Source of the DNA: Elusimicrobiota bacterium
Lineage (GTDB): Bacteria; Elusimicrobiota; Elusimicrobia; UBA1565; UBA9628
Reading direction: 5' to 3'
DNA: 43,515 bases
NCBI GenBank assembly: GCA_027319565.1
Contig: DAHVNA010000001.1
Span: 1 to 43,515, forward strand
Below are positions 1-9,561 of this stretch, in pieces (the stretch's first letter is position 1; each line of letters starts with the position of its first letter). Under the pieces are notes generated by a model. It did no database searches, was not told where the DNA came from, and was given only the letters and a program-made list of their open reading frames with translations. The translations under genes and the position numbers were made by a program.

Positions 1-2190
1 CGGCTTGTATCCTCGCGCCCGTGATTGCGGGAGCATGGCGAATATTTCGCGAATAGGAGACCAGAGGCCGGTATAGGTGGCGGGGTTTGAGCGCGGCGTG
101 CGGCCTATGGGAGATTGATCGACGACGATGACCTTGTCGATTTTATCCGTTCCCAGAATAGACCGATAAGCGCCGGGCGCTTCTTTGGCTCCATAAAATT
201 TTTGGGCGAGGGCTTTGTAGAGAATCTCGTGGACCAAGGTTGATTTTCCGGAACCCGAAACCCCTGTCACCGAGACAAATAGGCCAAGAGGAATTTTGAT
301 ATCGATATTTTTAAGATTAAATTGCTTGGCCCCTAAAATGGAGATAAACTCCCCCGGCTTGGGGCGCCGCAGCGGGCGGTTTTGGAGAGACTTTTTATCT
401 CCCCGGAGATAAGACCCGGTCAAAGAATGGGGGGAGGCGAGAATTTGTTTGGGAGTTCCTTCCGCGATGACTTTTCCGCCGTGAATTCCGGCTCCGGGGC
501 CCAGATCGACAATCCAATCGGCGCTGAGCATGGTTTCCTCGTCATGTTCGACGACAATCAAGGTGTTCCCGAGGTCCCTGAGGCGTTTGAGGGTGGAAAG
601 AAGACGAGTGTTGTCGCGAGGATGAAGGCCAATGGAGGGTTCGTCAAGCACGTAGAGAACGCCGCTGAGACCAGAGCCGATTTGAGTCGCTAAGTGGATT
701 CTCTGAGCCTCTCCGCCAGCCAGGGTTTCTGAACTGCGGTCAAGAGTTAGGTAATCGAGGCCCACATTGGTCAAAAATTCAAGGCGAGAGAGTATTTCTT
801 TAAGAATCATTTTTGCGATCGTTTTTTCAGTGGGGCTTAAATTGAGATTGCCAATGAAATCATAAGCTTCGGAAATGGAAAAAGAGACCACTTCCCGAAT
901 ATTTTTTCCGCCGACGAGCACCGCCAGCGCCTCGGGTTTAAGGCGGGCGCCGTGGCAGTTGGGGCAGGTCCTTTTTCGCATGAATCTCTCGGCGATGGCG
1001 CCTTTAACGAATTCCGATTCGGTTTCTTTATAACGGCGTTCGAGGTTGGGAATAATGCCCTCGAACTCTTGATCGTTTTTGGCCCAATGGGGCCGGTAAT
1101 GTCCGCCCCCGTAAAGAATAATTTCCTTGTGCTTGGCCGGGAGATCCGACCAGGGCGTTCGGGGATTGATTCCATGCTGTCGGCAGATCGTCTCCAGTAT
1201 TTCCGTATAGTATCCGGACCAAGATTTTTTCCAACGATTGGTTCGGGTCGTGACCGGGTCATCCCATGCGACGATCGCTCCGTCTTGGACCGATAGAGAT
1301 GGATCGGGAATAACCAAATCCGGGTCGACCTCGGTTTTCTGGCCTATTCCATCGCAGGCGGGGCAAGCTCCATAGGGCGAGTTAAAGGAAAAAAGCCGGG
1401 GCTCGAGTTCCGGAAGACTGACTCCGCATTCAGGGCAGGCGTGGTGTTCGCTCATCATGACGCTCTTGGCCGGCTTTTTAGACGGCTCAACCTTGACCAG
1501 TCCGCGGGATTCTTTAAGCGCCGTTTCTATCGATTCAAAGAGGCGATCTTTTTCTTCCTTGACGGCGTCGACTTTGTCGATAAAAAGTTCGATGACGTGC
1601 TTGGCGTAGCGGCTGAGTTTTTCAATGGAATCCAGATCTGAAACCTTTCCGTCCACGCGAACCTTGACATAACCCGCGCGCTTAAGGCGGTTGAAGAGTT
1701 CTTCATAAGTTCCGGTTCTGCCCATCACCAAGGGAGACCATAGAGTCACGGATTCTCCTGGAAATAGATTGAGCGTTTCCTGGGTAATGGCCTGGGCCGA
1801 TTGTTTTTTGACCGGCCTTTTGCATTGAGGGCAGTGCGGGCGGCCGACGCGGGCAAACAAAAGGCGCAAATAATCGTAAATTTCCGTCGTGGTGGCGACG
1901 GTCGAGCGAGGGTTGTGGGAGGGATTTCTCTGTTCGATGGCTATAGCCGGAGACAATCCCTCGATTGAATCGACATCGGGTTTTTCCATTAATTCCAAGA
2001 ACTGCCGCGCGTAAGCCGATAAACTCTCGACGTAACGCCTTTGCCCTTCGGCGTAAAGAGTGTCGAAAGCGAGGGATGATTTTCCCGATCCGGACAAACC
2101 AGTGATTACCACCAGTTTATTTTTAGGAAGCTCTAGGGAGATGTTTTTGAGGTTGTGCTGGCGCGCTCCCCGGATAATGATCTTATCCAT
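1..2190 (-). CDS. uvrA: Excinuclease ABC subunit A (3' end beyond window edge)
   Basis: Manual translation from ATG 2190: [50 protein letters not shown], Zn-finger CxxC motifs, [26 protein letters not shown], second Walker [10 protein letters not shown]. Open to position 1 and absent from the ORF track because no stop is in the window. Confidence 0.97.
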   Translation of the reverse strand, partial: MDKIIIRGARQHNLKNISLELPKNKLVVITGLSGSGKSSLAFDTLYAEGQRRYVESLSAYARQFLELMEKPDVDSIEGLSPAIAIEQRNPSHNPRSTVATTTEIYDYLRLLFARVGRPHCPQCKRPVKKQSAQAITQETLNLFPGESVTLWSPLVMGRTGTYEELFNRLKRAGYVKVRVDGKVSDLDSIEKLSRYAKHVIELFIDKVDAVKEEKDRLFESIETALKESRGLVKVEPSKKPAKSVMMSEHHACPECGVSLPELEPRLFSFNSPYGACPACDGIGQKTEVDPDLVIPDPSLSVQDGAIVAWDDPVTTRTNRWKKSWSGYYTEILETICRQHGINPRTPWSDLPAKHKEIILYGGGHYRPHWAKNDQEFEGIIPNLERRYKETESEFVKGAIAERFMRKRTCPNCHGARLKPEALAVLVGGKNIREVVSFSISEAYDFIGNLNLSPTEKTIAKMILKEILSRLEFLTNVGLDYLTLDRSSETLAGGEAQRIHLATQIGSGLSGVLYVLDEPSIGLHPRDNTRLLSTLKRLRDLGNTLIVVEHDEETMLSADWIVDLGPGAGIHGGKVIAEGTPKQILASPHSLTGSYLRGDKKSLQNRPLRRPKPGEFISILGAKQFNLKNIDIKIPLGLFVSVTGVSGSGKSTLVHEILYKALAQKFYGAKEAPGAYRSILGTDKIDKVIVVDQSPIGRTPRSNPATYTGLWSPIREIFAMLPQSRARGYKP

Positions 2191-2192
2191 GT

Positions 2193-3791
2193 TTAACTAA
2201 AGCGCTCGGAGAGACGGACAGCCGTTTTTTGATCGATTAAGGTATCCTTTTTTTGAGACGGGGCGGGTTTGGGATAATCGAGGGTATAGTGGAGCCCGCG
2301 GCTTTCTTTTCTCTGAAGAGCGGATAAAATGACGGCGGTGGCCACGTTCGCCAAGTTTCTTAATTCGATCAAATCGGGAGTTAAAAAGAAATTCCAATAA
2401 TAATGATTGATTTCGGCGTCGAGAAGCTTCATTCGCCTTAAGGCGCGCTCGAGCCTTTTGGTCGTGCGGACAATGCCGACGTAATTCCACATCAGCCTTC
2501 TGATTTCGTCCCAGTTTTGGGTGATGACGACCGCTTCATCAAGGGCCTTGGCCTTTCCGGGATTCCAATTTTTGGGGGTGAATGCTTTGAGCTTTTGAGC
2601 GGCAATTTCGTCTTTGATATAGAGAAAGAGGCGATGAGCGAAAACGCAGCCTTCCAACAAGGAATTGGAAGCCAGTCGGTTGGCCCCATGAAGCCCGGTT
2701 TGAGAAGTCTCTCCGACGGCGAATAATCCTGGGATATTGGTTTTGGCGTTGGAATCGACCCGAACTCCGCCGCAGAAAAAATGGGCGGCCGGCACCACTG
2801 GAATGGGAGTCTTGGACATGTCAATTCCGTAGCTTTTGAGGGTGCGATCGATATTGGGAAAGCGCTGGGAAAGAAATTTTTTCGTCTTGTGGGTCATGTC
2901 CAGGTACACGCAGGGCTCTCCTGATTTTTTGAGCTCATAATCGACGGCTCGCGCGACGATATCTCTTGGCGCAAGCTCGGCCCTGGGATCATGTTTTTTC
3001 ATGAAGGCCTGCCCATTTTTGAGAATGAGTTTTCCGCCTTCTCCGCGAAGCGCTTCCGATAAAAGAAAAGATTTAGCCTGGGGGTGGTAGAGGCAGGTCG
3101 GGTGAAATTGAACGAATTCCATGTTGGCCAAAGTCGCTCCGGCGCGATAGGCCATCGCCATTCCATCTCCGGTCGCGATGTCGGGATTGGTCGTGACCAA
3201 ATAGACCTTGCCGGCGCCGCCGGTCGCCAAAACGACCGCTCGTCCGGAAAACGCGCGGATTTTTCCGTGTTTGCGGCTTAAAGAATAAAGCCCGCGGCAA
3301 CGTCCGCTTGGATCCAGGATTAAGTCAATTCCGATCTCGTTTTCAAAAATATCGATGCGCGGGTTTTCCCGGCATGAGTCAAGAAGGGCGCGCTCTATTT
3401 CTTGGCCGGTGATGTCTCCGGCGTGTAAAATTCGTCTTTCGGAGTGACCCGCTTCAAGCCCGAGATCGACGATTCCCTTTTTTCGGGAGAAGCGCACGCC
3501 AATTTCCTGGAGTTCCTTGATCCTGGCGGGAGCGTCTTTGACGGTCATTTCAACTATTTTTTCATTGCAAAGTCCGGCGCCAGCGATCAGGGTATCGTTA
3601 ATATGTCGTTGAAAACTGTCGATTTGGCTGGTGACGGCCGCGATTCCGCCCTGAGCGTAATTGGTGTTTGATTCGACCGCTTCTTTCTTGGTCAGGATCG
3701 CGACGTGGCCAAGCGCCGAGAGCTTATGAGCGCTTAAAAGACCCGCGATTCCGCTGCCGACGACGATAAAATCGAATTTTTCGTGATCCAT
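2193..3791 (-). CDS. nadB: L-aspartate oxidase
   Basis: GSGIAGL FAD motif, [45 protein letters not shown]. Confidence 0.95.
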   Translation of the reverse strand: MDHEKFDFIVVGSGIAGLLSAHKLSALGHVAILTKKEAVESNTNYAQGGIAAVTSQIDSFQRHINDTLIAGAGLCNEKIVEMTVKDAPARIKELQEIGVRFSRKKGIVDLGLEAGHSERRILHAGDITGQEIERALLDSCRENPRIDIFENEIGIDLILDPSGRCRGLYSLSRKHGKIRAFSGRAVVLATGGAGKVYLVTTNPDIATGDGMAMAYRAGATLANMEFVQFHPTCLYHPQAKSFLLSEALRGEGGKLILKNGQAFMKKHDPRAELAPRDIVARAVDYELKKSGEPCVYLDMTHKTKKFLSQRFPNIDRTLKSYGIDMSKTPIPVVPAAHFFCGGVRVDSNAKTNIPGLFAVGETSQTGLHGANRLASNSLLEGCVFAHRLFLYIKDEIAAQKLKAFTPKNWNPGKAKALDEAVVITQNWDEIRRLMWNYVGIVRTTKRLERALRRMKLLDAEINHYYWNFFLTPDLIELRNLANVATAVILSALQRKESRGLHYTLDYPKPAPSQKKDTLIDQKTAVRLSERFS

Positions 3792-3847
3792 GAATACGAA
3801 GGGCTTGCCTCTACTAGTTCGATTTTACCATAATCATCAGAGGGTCT

Positions 3848-4369
3848 ATGATTTACGGGTTTTTAAATGAGAAGCCGCGGATTGATAAAACGGCGTTTGT
3901 ACATGCTTCCGCGCAAGTCATTGGCCGCGTGACCATTGGCCCGCGGGTCTCTCTGTGGCCGCAGGCCGTTGTTCGCGCGGATGTGTGTCCAATTAAAATT
4001 GGAGAGGCGTCCAATTTGCAGGATGGAGTTTTGGTTCATGGGCGAGAAGAATATCCCACCCAAATCGGGCGCGGCGTGACGGTGGGGCATGGCGCGATTA
4101 TTCACGGGGCGAAAATTGGGGATTTGTGCTTGATTGGAATGGGGGCTATTGTCATGGAGGCCGTTATCGGTAAGGAATGCGTGATCGCCGCCGGCGCTTT
4201 AGTTCCTAAGGGTTTTCGCGTTCCTCCCAGGCATTTGGTCATCGGGCTTCCAGCTAAAATCGCTCGGCCACTCAGCGCCGAAGAGATTAGGTTTTTAAAA
4301 CAGAGTAGAGACAGTTACTTGGATTTAGCGAGGAAACATCAAAATTCATCAAAGGCGATTTCGCGGTGA
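3848..4369 (+). CDS. Gamma-carbonic anhydrase family / hexapeptide repeat protein (PaaY/YrdA-like)
   Basis: Left-handed beta-helix repeats, RAD, NLQDG..VH, VTVGHGAIIHG. Confidence 0.9.
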   Translation: MIYGFLNEKPRIDKTAFVHASAQVIGRVTIGPRVSLWPQAVVRADVCPIKIGEASNLQDGVLVHGREEYPTQIGRGVTVGHGAIIHGAKIGDLCLIGMGAIVMEAVIGKECVIAAGALVPKGFRVPPRHLVIGLPAKIARPLSAEEIRFLKQSRDSYLDLARKHQNSSKAISR

Positions 4370-5148
4370 TTTATTTTTTGTGGGGCTCTATTCTCGGCGC
4401 GGGTCTTGCGGTGATCGCGGGGATGTTTTTTTACCGCAGGACGCGGCATAAAATTTCCCGATTTTTGGCTTTTGCCGGACATGAGATGAACACTCCGGCT
4501 ACCGCCCTTCGTCTAACGACGATGAATTTTCTGGAAGGAATTTTCGGAGATTTGACCGCAGATCAAAAATCTTGGCTGGAAATCATGAACGAACAGACCG
4601 GACGCCTGGCTTTCCTAGTAGGAGAATTGAGAGATTTCGTCCATTTGGAAATGGGCGATGACCTGGCGCTGCGTCTGCAGCCTTCCAAGGTGCAGGAGAT
4701 TACCACAGAGGCGCAACTCTCCATTAAAAGAGGTTTGGAACAGTCGGGAATTGCGCTGGAAAATGACGTTTCAGAAAATCTGCCCGAGGTTCTCATCGAT
4801 CCCGATAGAACTATCCGAGTTTTGTCGAGCCTTTTATTTTATGCCAGGAAATTCCGGAAAGAAGGGCCCTTGGTTCTCAGCGCTTTTGAGGAAGATAAAT
4901 GGGTTCATATCGTCTGCCGCTTCAAAGCTCATCCCATCTCGCTTCAGGATTTAGAAAAAAGTTTGGACTTGTTTTATCCCGCCCAACTGGCGCATAGCCC
5001 GATGATGCAGTCGACGGGTTTTGGCCTTGGTTTTGCGCGTCACTTAATGCAAGCCCAGGGCGGAGATATGATCGCGCAATTAAACTCGGGCGGCGAACTG
5101 TCATTGACCTTGCGCTTGCCCCAGGTGGAGGCTCATCATGGCCGCTAA
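4366..5148 (+). CDS. Membrane-anchored histidine kinase-like protein with degenerate HATPase domain
   Basis: N-terminal TM, H-box HEMNTP, G2-like STGFGLG. The N-box reads YARKF (no Asn) and no G1 DxGxG is present. Confidence 0.75.
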   Translation: MIYFLWGSILGAGLAVIAGMFFYRRTRHKISRFLAFAGHEMNTPATALRLTTMNFLEGIFGDLTADQKSWLEIMNEQTGRLAFLVGELRDFVHLEMGDDLALRLQPSKVQEITTEAQLSIKRGLEQSGIALENDVSENLPEVLIDPDRTIRVLSSLLFYARKFRKEGPLVLSAFEEDKWVHIVCRFKAHPISLQDLEKSLDLFYPAQLAHSPMMQSTGFGLGFARHLMQAQGGDMIAQLNSGGELSLTLRLPQVEAHHGR

Positions 5149-5512
5149 AATATTAGTGATTGAAGATGACCCAACGATCGTGGAGAGTTTAAAGGCCTTG
5201 TTGGCGGCTAAAGGCTATTCAGTTTCAACGGCCATGGATGGGGCCGATGGGGTCGCCGCGGCCAGGCGCGAGAAACCCCAATTGATTCTTTTAGACGTCA
5301 TTTTGCCCAAAATGGGCGGCTTTGATGTTTGTCAGATTCTCAAAAAAGATCCCGCCACCAAGGCCATTAAAATCGTGATGACCACCGCTTTAGGGCGTAT
5401 GGGAGACGTGGAGTCCGCCTTTGCCAGCGGGGCGGATGATTATCTCATCAAGCCCTTTGACTCTCAAAGGCTGTTTGGGAAGATTGAAAAGGTTTTAGGA
5501 ACAAAGAGCTGA
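5138..5512 (+). CDS. Single-domain response regulator receiver
   Basis: ILVIEDD, LLDVILPKMGG, GADDYLIKPF. Confidence 0.92.
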   Translation: MAAKILVIEDDPTIVESLKALLAAKGYSVSTAMDGADGVAAARREKPQLILLDVILPKMGGFDVCQILKKDPATKAIKIVMTTALGRMGDVESAFASGADDYLIKPFDSQRLFGKIEKVLGTKS

Positions 5513-6237
5513 AATTTCGCAAACCGACGCCGCTTTTCATTTATCGCCGCTTGTTGAAATCCTATGGACCCCAGGGCTGGTGGCCGGTCACTCCGGACGG
5601 AGAGTTTACCCCAAGGTATCGGTCCGGGTTTTGGGGCGATTTAAGCCAAAGAGAGCGCCTTGAAATCGCCATTGGCGCGATCTTGACTCAAAACACGAAT
5701 TGGGGAAATGTCTGTTCCGCGCTTGAACGCTTGAACCGCGCTCAAGTTCTAGAACTTGAAAAACTCTCGAAGATAAAATCACGGACGCTTGAGTCCTTGA
5801 TTCGTTCTTCCGGCTATTTTCGCCAAAAAAGCCGGAAAATCAAAATCTTTGCCGAGGCGGTTTTAAATCGCGGCGGTTCGCTAAAAAATTGCTTGTCCGG
5901 CCCCTTGGAGAAAACTCGCGAAGAGTTGTTGAGTTTGTGGGGGATTGGTCCTGAGACCGCCGATTCCATTCTTCTCTACGCCGGCCGGCGCCCCATTTTT
6001 GTCATTGACGCCTATACCTTGCGCATCAGCCGCCGCCTTGGATGGTTTCGTCAGACTTCTTATGACAAGCTCCAAAAATTCTTTGAATCGCATTTGCCCA
6101 AAAAAAGTTTTTTGTACGCCGAGTTCCACGCCCTTTTCGTGGCTCTTGCGAAAAATCATTGTCGGGTCAAGCCTTTATGCGCGGGCTGTCCGATCGCGGA
6201 GTTTTGCGCGACAGGGCTGCGGGCGATAAAAGCATGA
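5509..6237 (+). CDS. Endonuclease III-related HhH-GPD DNA glycosylase (probable CTG start; TTG 5551 alternative)
   Basis: GPQGWWP, GAILTQNTNW, HhH LWGIGPETADSILLYA, C-terminal CxxxPxCxxCP Fe-S motif. Confidence 0.85.
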   Translation: MKFRKPTPLFIYRRLLKSYGPQGWWPVTPDGEFTPRYRSGFWGDLSQRERLEIAIGAILTQNTNWGNVCSALERLNRAQVLELEKLSKIKSRTLESLIRSSGYFRQKSRKIKIFAEAVLNRGGSLKNCLSGPLEKTREELLSLWGIGPETADSILLYAGRRPIFVIDAYTLRISRRLGWFRQTSYDKLQKFFESHLPKKSFLYAEFHALFVALAKNHCRVKPLCAGCPIAEFCATGLRAIKA

Positions 6238-7394
6238 GCTCTCGAAAAAAGATCATCCATTTAATTACCCGTCTCGATTTTGGGGGCGCGCAGCAAAACA
6301 CTTTGTGGACCGTCGGGCATCTTAATCCGGAAAAATATGAAGCGGTCTTGGCTTCCGGGAAAGGCGGGGCGCTCGATGGGGAGGCTCGGGAGAATGCGAG
6401 ACAAGGTCAATACCGCGCCGTATTTTTTTCGTCCTTGATTCGAGAAATAAGCCCGCTCCGTGATTTCTTGGCGGTTTTTCTCCTTTGGAGATTTTTCCGC
6501 AAGGAAAAGCCGGACATCGTCCATACGCATAGCTCAAAAGCGGGGATTCTGGGAAGGCTTGCCGCTTGGGCCTCGGGAGTCAAAATCATCGTTCATACCT
6601 ATCATGGTTTTGGGTTTCATGATTTTCAAAATCCCCTGGTCAAAAAAATTTACGTGTTTCTCGAACGTTTGTGCGCCCGTTTTAGCCGCGCCTTAATTTT
6701 CGTTTCCCGCGCCAATTGGGATTACGCCTTAAAAAACGGGATCGGCCCACAATCGCGCTTTCATCTAATTCGTTCCGGAGTTGATTTGTCGCGCTTTCCC
6801 GCCAAGGTTGAGGACCGCGCGCTCAAGAAAAAAGAGTTGGGCTTTAATGCCGACGCTTTGCTTGTCGTTTCTATCGGCAATTTAAAGCCTCAAAAAAATC
6901 CGCTGGATTTTGTCGAGATGGCGGCGAAGGTTTCCGCGGAAGTGCCGCAAGCTCAATTTCTGTTTATCGGGGATGGTCCCTTAAGATCTAAAGCCGAGAA
7001 TTTCTCTAGGGAATTGGGCGTTTTTGAAAAAATCCGCTTTCCCGGCTGGAGAAAAGACGCGGATGAATGGATGGCCGTCGCCGATGTTTTTATCCTCACT
7101 TCTCTTTGGGAAGGCCTTCCCCGCGCCTTGGTCGAAGCCATGAAAAGCGGCCTTCCCTGCGCGGCTTACGCGGTGGACGGAGTCTCGGATATGATCCATG
7201 ACGGTGAAAATGGTTTTCTCATTCCAGTCAAAGAGGTTGAGTTGTTGTCAAAGCGCGTGATTGAGTTTTTAAGGAACCCGGATTTAAGACGCAAGATGGG
7301 ACTTCAAGCGGCAAAGTCCGTCGCCGAGGAATTTGATATTAACCAGATGGTTCAAGAGCAAGAAGCCCTTTACTTCAATCTTTTGGGTAATTAG
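6234..7394 (+). CDS. Glycosyltransferase family 4
   Basis: GGAQ, VHTHSSKAG, EGLPRALVEAM. ATGA overlap with the upstream stop. Confidence 0.9.
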   Translation: MSSRKKIIHLITRLDFGGAQQNTLWTVGHLNPEKYEAVLASGKGGALDGEARENARQGQYRAVFFSSLIREISPLRDFLAVFLLWRFFRKEKPDIVHTHSSKAGILGRLAAWASGVKIIVHTYHGFGFHDFQNPLVKKIYVFLERLCARFSRALIFVSRANWDYALKNGIGPQSRFHLIRSGVDLSRFPAKVEDRALKKKELGFNADALLVVSIGNLKPQKNPLDFVEMAAKVSAEVPQAQFLFIGDGPLRSKAENFSRELGVFEKIRFPGWRKDADEWMAVADVFILTSLWEGLPRALVEAMKSGLPCAAYAVDGVSDMIHDGENGFLIPVKEVELLSKRVIEFLRNPDLRRKMGLQAAKSVAEEFDINQMVQEQEALYFNLLGN

Positions 7395-7431
7395 GGTTTT
7401 ACGGAGAGTTATGCATTTTAACTTTTTATTG

Positions 7432-7460
7432 TTGATATTGCATAAAATCCATGGTAAAAT
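7432..7460 (+). promoter_or_regulatory. sigma70-type promoter, probably leaderless
   Basis: TTGATA(7432-37)-17 nt-TAAAAT(7455-60) with TG extension. GTG start 6 nt later. Confidence 0.7.
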
Positions 7461-7466
7461 AATTTT

Positions 7467-8648
7467 GTGCCGCTCTATATTCATCGCGCTATAGAAAAAG
7501 AGTTGAAGGCGGCTTCTTTGGAATTTCCCGTGGTGGCTCTCACGGGGCCACGCCAGACCGGCAAGTCCACGCTTCTTAAGAAGATATTTCCCAAGCACGA
7601 CTACTCCTCCCTAGACGATCCACTCACTCGAAAATTCGCGATGGAGGATCCCCGATCTTTTCTGTCTCAATCTCGCCGCCTGATCATAGATGAGATGCAA
7701 TATTTCCCAGAGATAGCGCCCTATATCAAAATGAGCGTGGATGCGGACCGCTCTTTCAAAGGCCGATTTCTTCTGACTGGTTCCCAATACTTTCCATTGA
7801 TGGAAGGTCTCGGAGAATCACTGGCTGGCCGCGCGGCGCTCTATGAGCTGTTGGGCTTTTCCTTGGAGGAGATTTCTCGTAACTTTAGGGGTCGCCGCGC
7901 CAAAGATCCTTTTAGCTTGATATTCCAAGGCTTTTACCCCGATGTCTCTATTCATGGCGCGGATCGAAACCGGTTTTTCTCTTCCTATATTCAGACCTAT
8001 CTCGAGCGGGATATCAGGCAGATTTCCTCGGTCCACGATTTGAGAGTCTTCCAGAATTTCCTTGAACTCTTAGCGGCGCGAGTGGGGAACTTGCTTAGCC
8101 TTGGTGAAATTGCCAAGGAGTGCGGAATCAGCTTTACCTCGGCGCGTCGCTGGCTGAGCCTGCTTGAAAGCACTCGCATCGTTTACCTCTTAAGGCCCTA
8201 CCATAAAAATGTGACCAAGCGGGTGGTCAAAAGCCCGAAGCTTTATTTTACCGACACGGGTCTCCTTTCTTATCTTTTGCGCTACCCTTCGGCTTTGGTT
8301 CTAAGTCGTGGTCCACAGGCCGGAGCCTTTTTTGAAAATTTCATAGTGGCCGAGTTTTTAAAGCATAAATTAAATCACAACCTCAATTTCGAGCTTTACT
8401 TCTACCGTGATTCCAATCACAATGAAATAGACCTCCTGCTTGATTTTGGAACGCTGTTGAAGGCGGCGGAGATCAAGGCGACGGCGACTCCGAGTTTCGA
8501 TCATATTTCAACCTTTAAAAAAACAGCGTCTCAATTGAATGTCGCGGCCGGTTATCTGTTGGCCTTAGCTGAAAAAGAGCAAAAAATAGGGGAAACTCTT
8601 AAGATTTTGCCGTGGAATAAAGCTACTGATATTCTTGATAGCGCGTAA
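7467..8648 (+). CDS. AAA_14 family ATPase with DUF4143 domain
   Basis: Walker A GPRQTGKST, IIDEMQ, LTGSQ, ESLAGR, KSPKLYFTDTG, C-terminal EIDL..EIK. Confidence 0.9.
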   Translation: MPLYIHRAIEKELKAASLEFPVVALTGPRQTGKSTLLKKIFPKHDYSSLDDPLTRKFAMEDPRSFLSQSRRLIIDEMQYFPEIAPYIKMSVDADRSFKGRFLLTGSQYFPLMEGLGESLAGRAALYELLGFSLEEISRNFRGRRAKDPFSLIFQGFYPDVSIHGADRNRFFSSYIQTYLERDIRQISSVHDLRVFQNFLELLAARVGNLLSLGEIAKECGISFTSARRWLSLLESTRIVYLLRPYHKNVTKRVVKSPKLYFTDTGLLSYLLRYPSALVLSRGPQAGAFFENFIVAEFLKHKLNHNLNFELYFYRDSNHNEIDLLLDFGTLLKAAEIKATATPSFDHISTFKKTASQLNVAAGYLLALAEKEQKIGETLKILPWNKATDILDSA

Positions 8649-8650
8649 GG

Positions 8651-9355
8651 CTACCGGCACAGCCAGCGATTATCCGATGGGTCGTAGATCCAAGACTTGA
8701 TTTTTTCGTGGAGAATGACAAAGACCTTATGAAAACCGTATTGGCGCAGCGTTTGGTCTATCCGGGCCCAGAGATCGTCCTGGGCGCGGCTATTCGGCGC
8801 GGATCCGGGCGAGACGTTGCAGACGGCGCTTCGGATCATGAGGGCGGCGGCGAGAGCTCCGGTCCTGTCGGAGCCGTCTTTACAGTGGAAGTAAACGGTT
8901 CGTCCTTGAGCGCGTTCGGACAAAACGAGTCGGAAAGCCTCGCGAAAAGTTTTCCAATCAAAGAATTCGTCATCAAGAGGAAATAAAAGCAGCGGCTTAC
9001 GGACGCAGTTGAGGCCGTAGCGGCGGCAGAGGGTGGACGAGTCCTCGTGGAAATACTCTAAATCAATCACCGTGGAAACGCCGAGATTCTTTAAATAATC
9101 GAAGTTCTCCGCGGTTTTAGGCCTACTCCCGCGGTAAATTCCTTCCGAAACCATCCCGAAATTCGGCGGCGGCGCTATTTTCGGGCGTCCTTTCATTCGC
9201 GCCCGAAGCGCCAAGGCGGGCTTGAGCACGGCCGCGTGCGCCTTGAAGAGAGTTTCTGAAAAGCCGGGCGTTTCACCCATGCTCATCTTACCAAACGACA
9301 AGACAGCCGCGGCCACTAAAACCATGCTTGCCGATTTTTGCGCCATGGTTTTCAT
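8651..9355 (-). CDS. Secreted Cys-based (dual-specificity/tyrosine) phosphatase
   Basis: Signal peptide, NFGMVSEGIYRGSRP, catalytic HCKDGSDRTG (CX5R). GGAG RBS favours ATG 9355 over 9361. Confidence 0.85.
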   Translation of the reverse strand: MKTMAQKSASMVLVAAAVLSFGKMSMGETPGFSETLFKAHAAVLKPALALRARMKGRPKIAPPPNFGMVSEGIYRGSRPKTAENFDYLKNLGVSTVIDLEYFHEDSSTLCRRYGLNCVRKPLLLFPLDDEFFDWKTFREAFRLVLSERAQGRTVYFHCKDGSDRTGALAAALMIRSAVCNVSPGSAPNSRAQDDLWARIDQTLRQYGFHKVFVILHEKIKSWIYDPSDNRWLCR

Positions 9356-9393
9356 GTTCATAGCTCCGTATTATGGCATGGTCCTGCAAACAA

Positions 9394-9461
9394 AGTATAT
9401 CACGAGTCGCGAAAATGGACATGGGCCAAAAGGCCTAGATGATTTCCGGCAAAGGCCCCAG
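9394..9461 (-). promoter_or_regulatory. Box-associated promoter 1: extended -10 TGaTATACT plus GGCC boxes
   Basis: -10 at 9394-9399. Box ATGGGCC-AAAA-GGCCTAG 9421-9438 and second copy TTCCGGC-AAAG-GCCCCAG 9444-9461. Confidence 0.75.
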
Positions 9462-9494
9462 ACGTGCTTAGGCCTTTTTTAGAAATTGTTTCTA

Positions 9495-9523
9495 TTGACA
9501 ATGTAAGAAACGGGGGGTAAACT
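9495..9523 (+). promoter_or_regulatory. Near-consensus sigma70 promoter
   Basis: TTGACA(9495-9500)-17 nt-TAAACT(9518-9523), followed by GGAGG RBS before ATG 9562. Confidence 0.8.
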
Positions 9524-9561
9524 GTGGAAGGCGTCGTAAAAGTCTTTTGGGAGGGCAGAGG

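Noticed and set aside
382..1641. ORF-track ORFs 382-693, 837-1262, 952-1296, 1028-1234, 1441-1641
   Set aside because: Shadow ORFs inside uvrA.
2180..2200. SOS box or dedicated promoter for uvrA
   Set aside because: Only 2 nt separate it from nadB and no recognisable operator is present; probably simple co-transcription.
7467..8648. AAA_14/DUF4143 gene as part of a novel defence system
   Set aside because: Widespread stand-alone family with no partner gene here.
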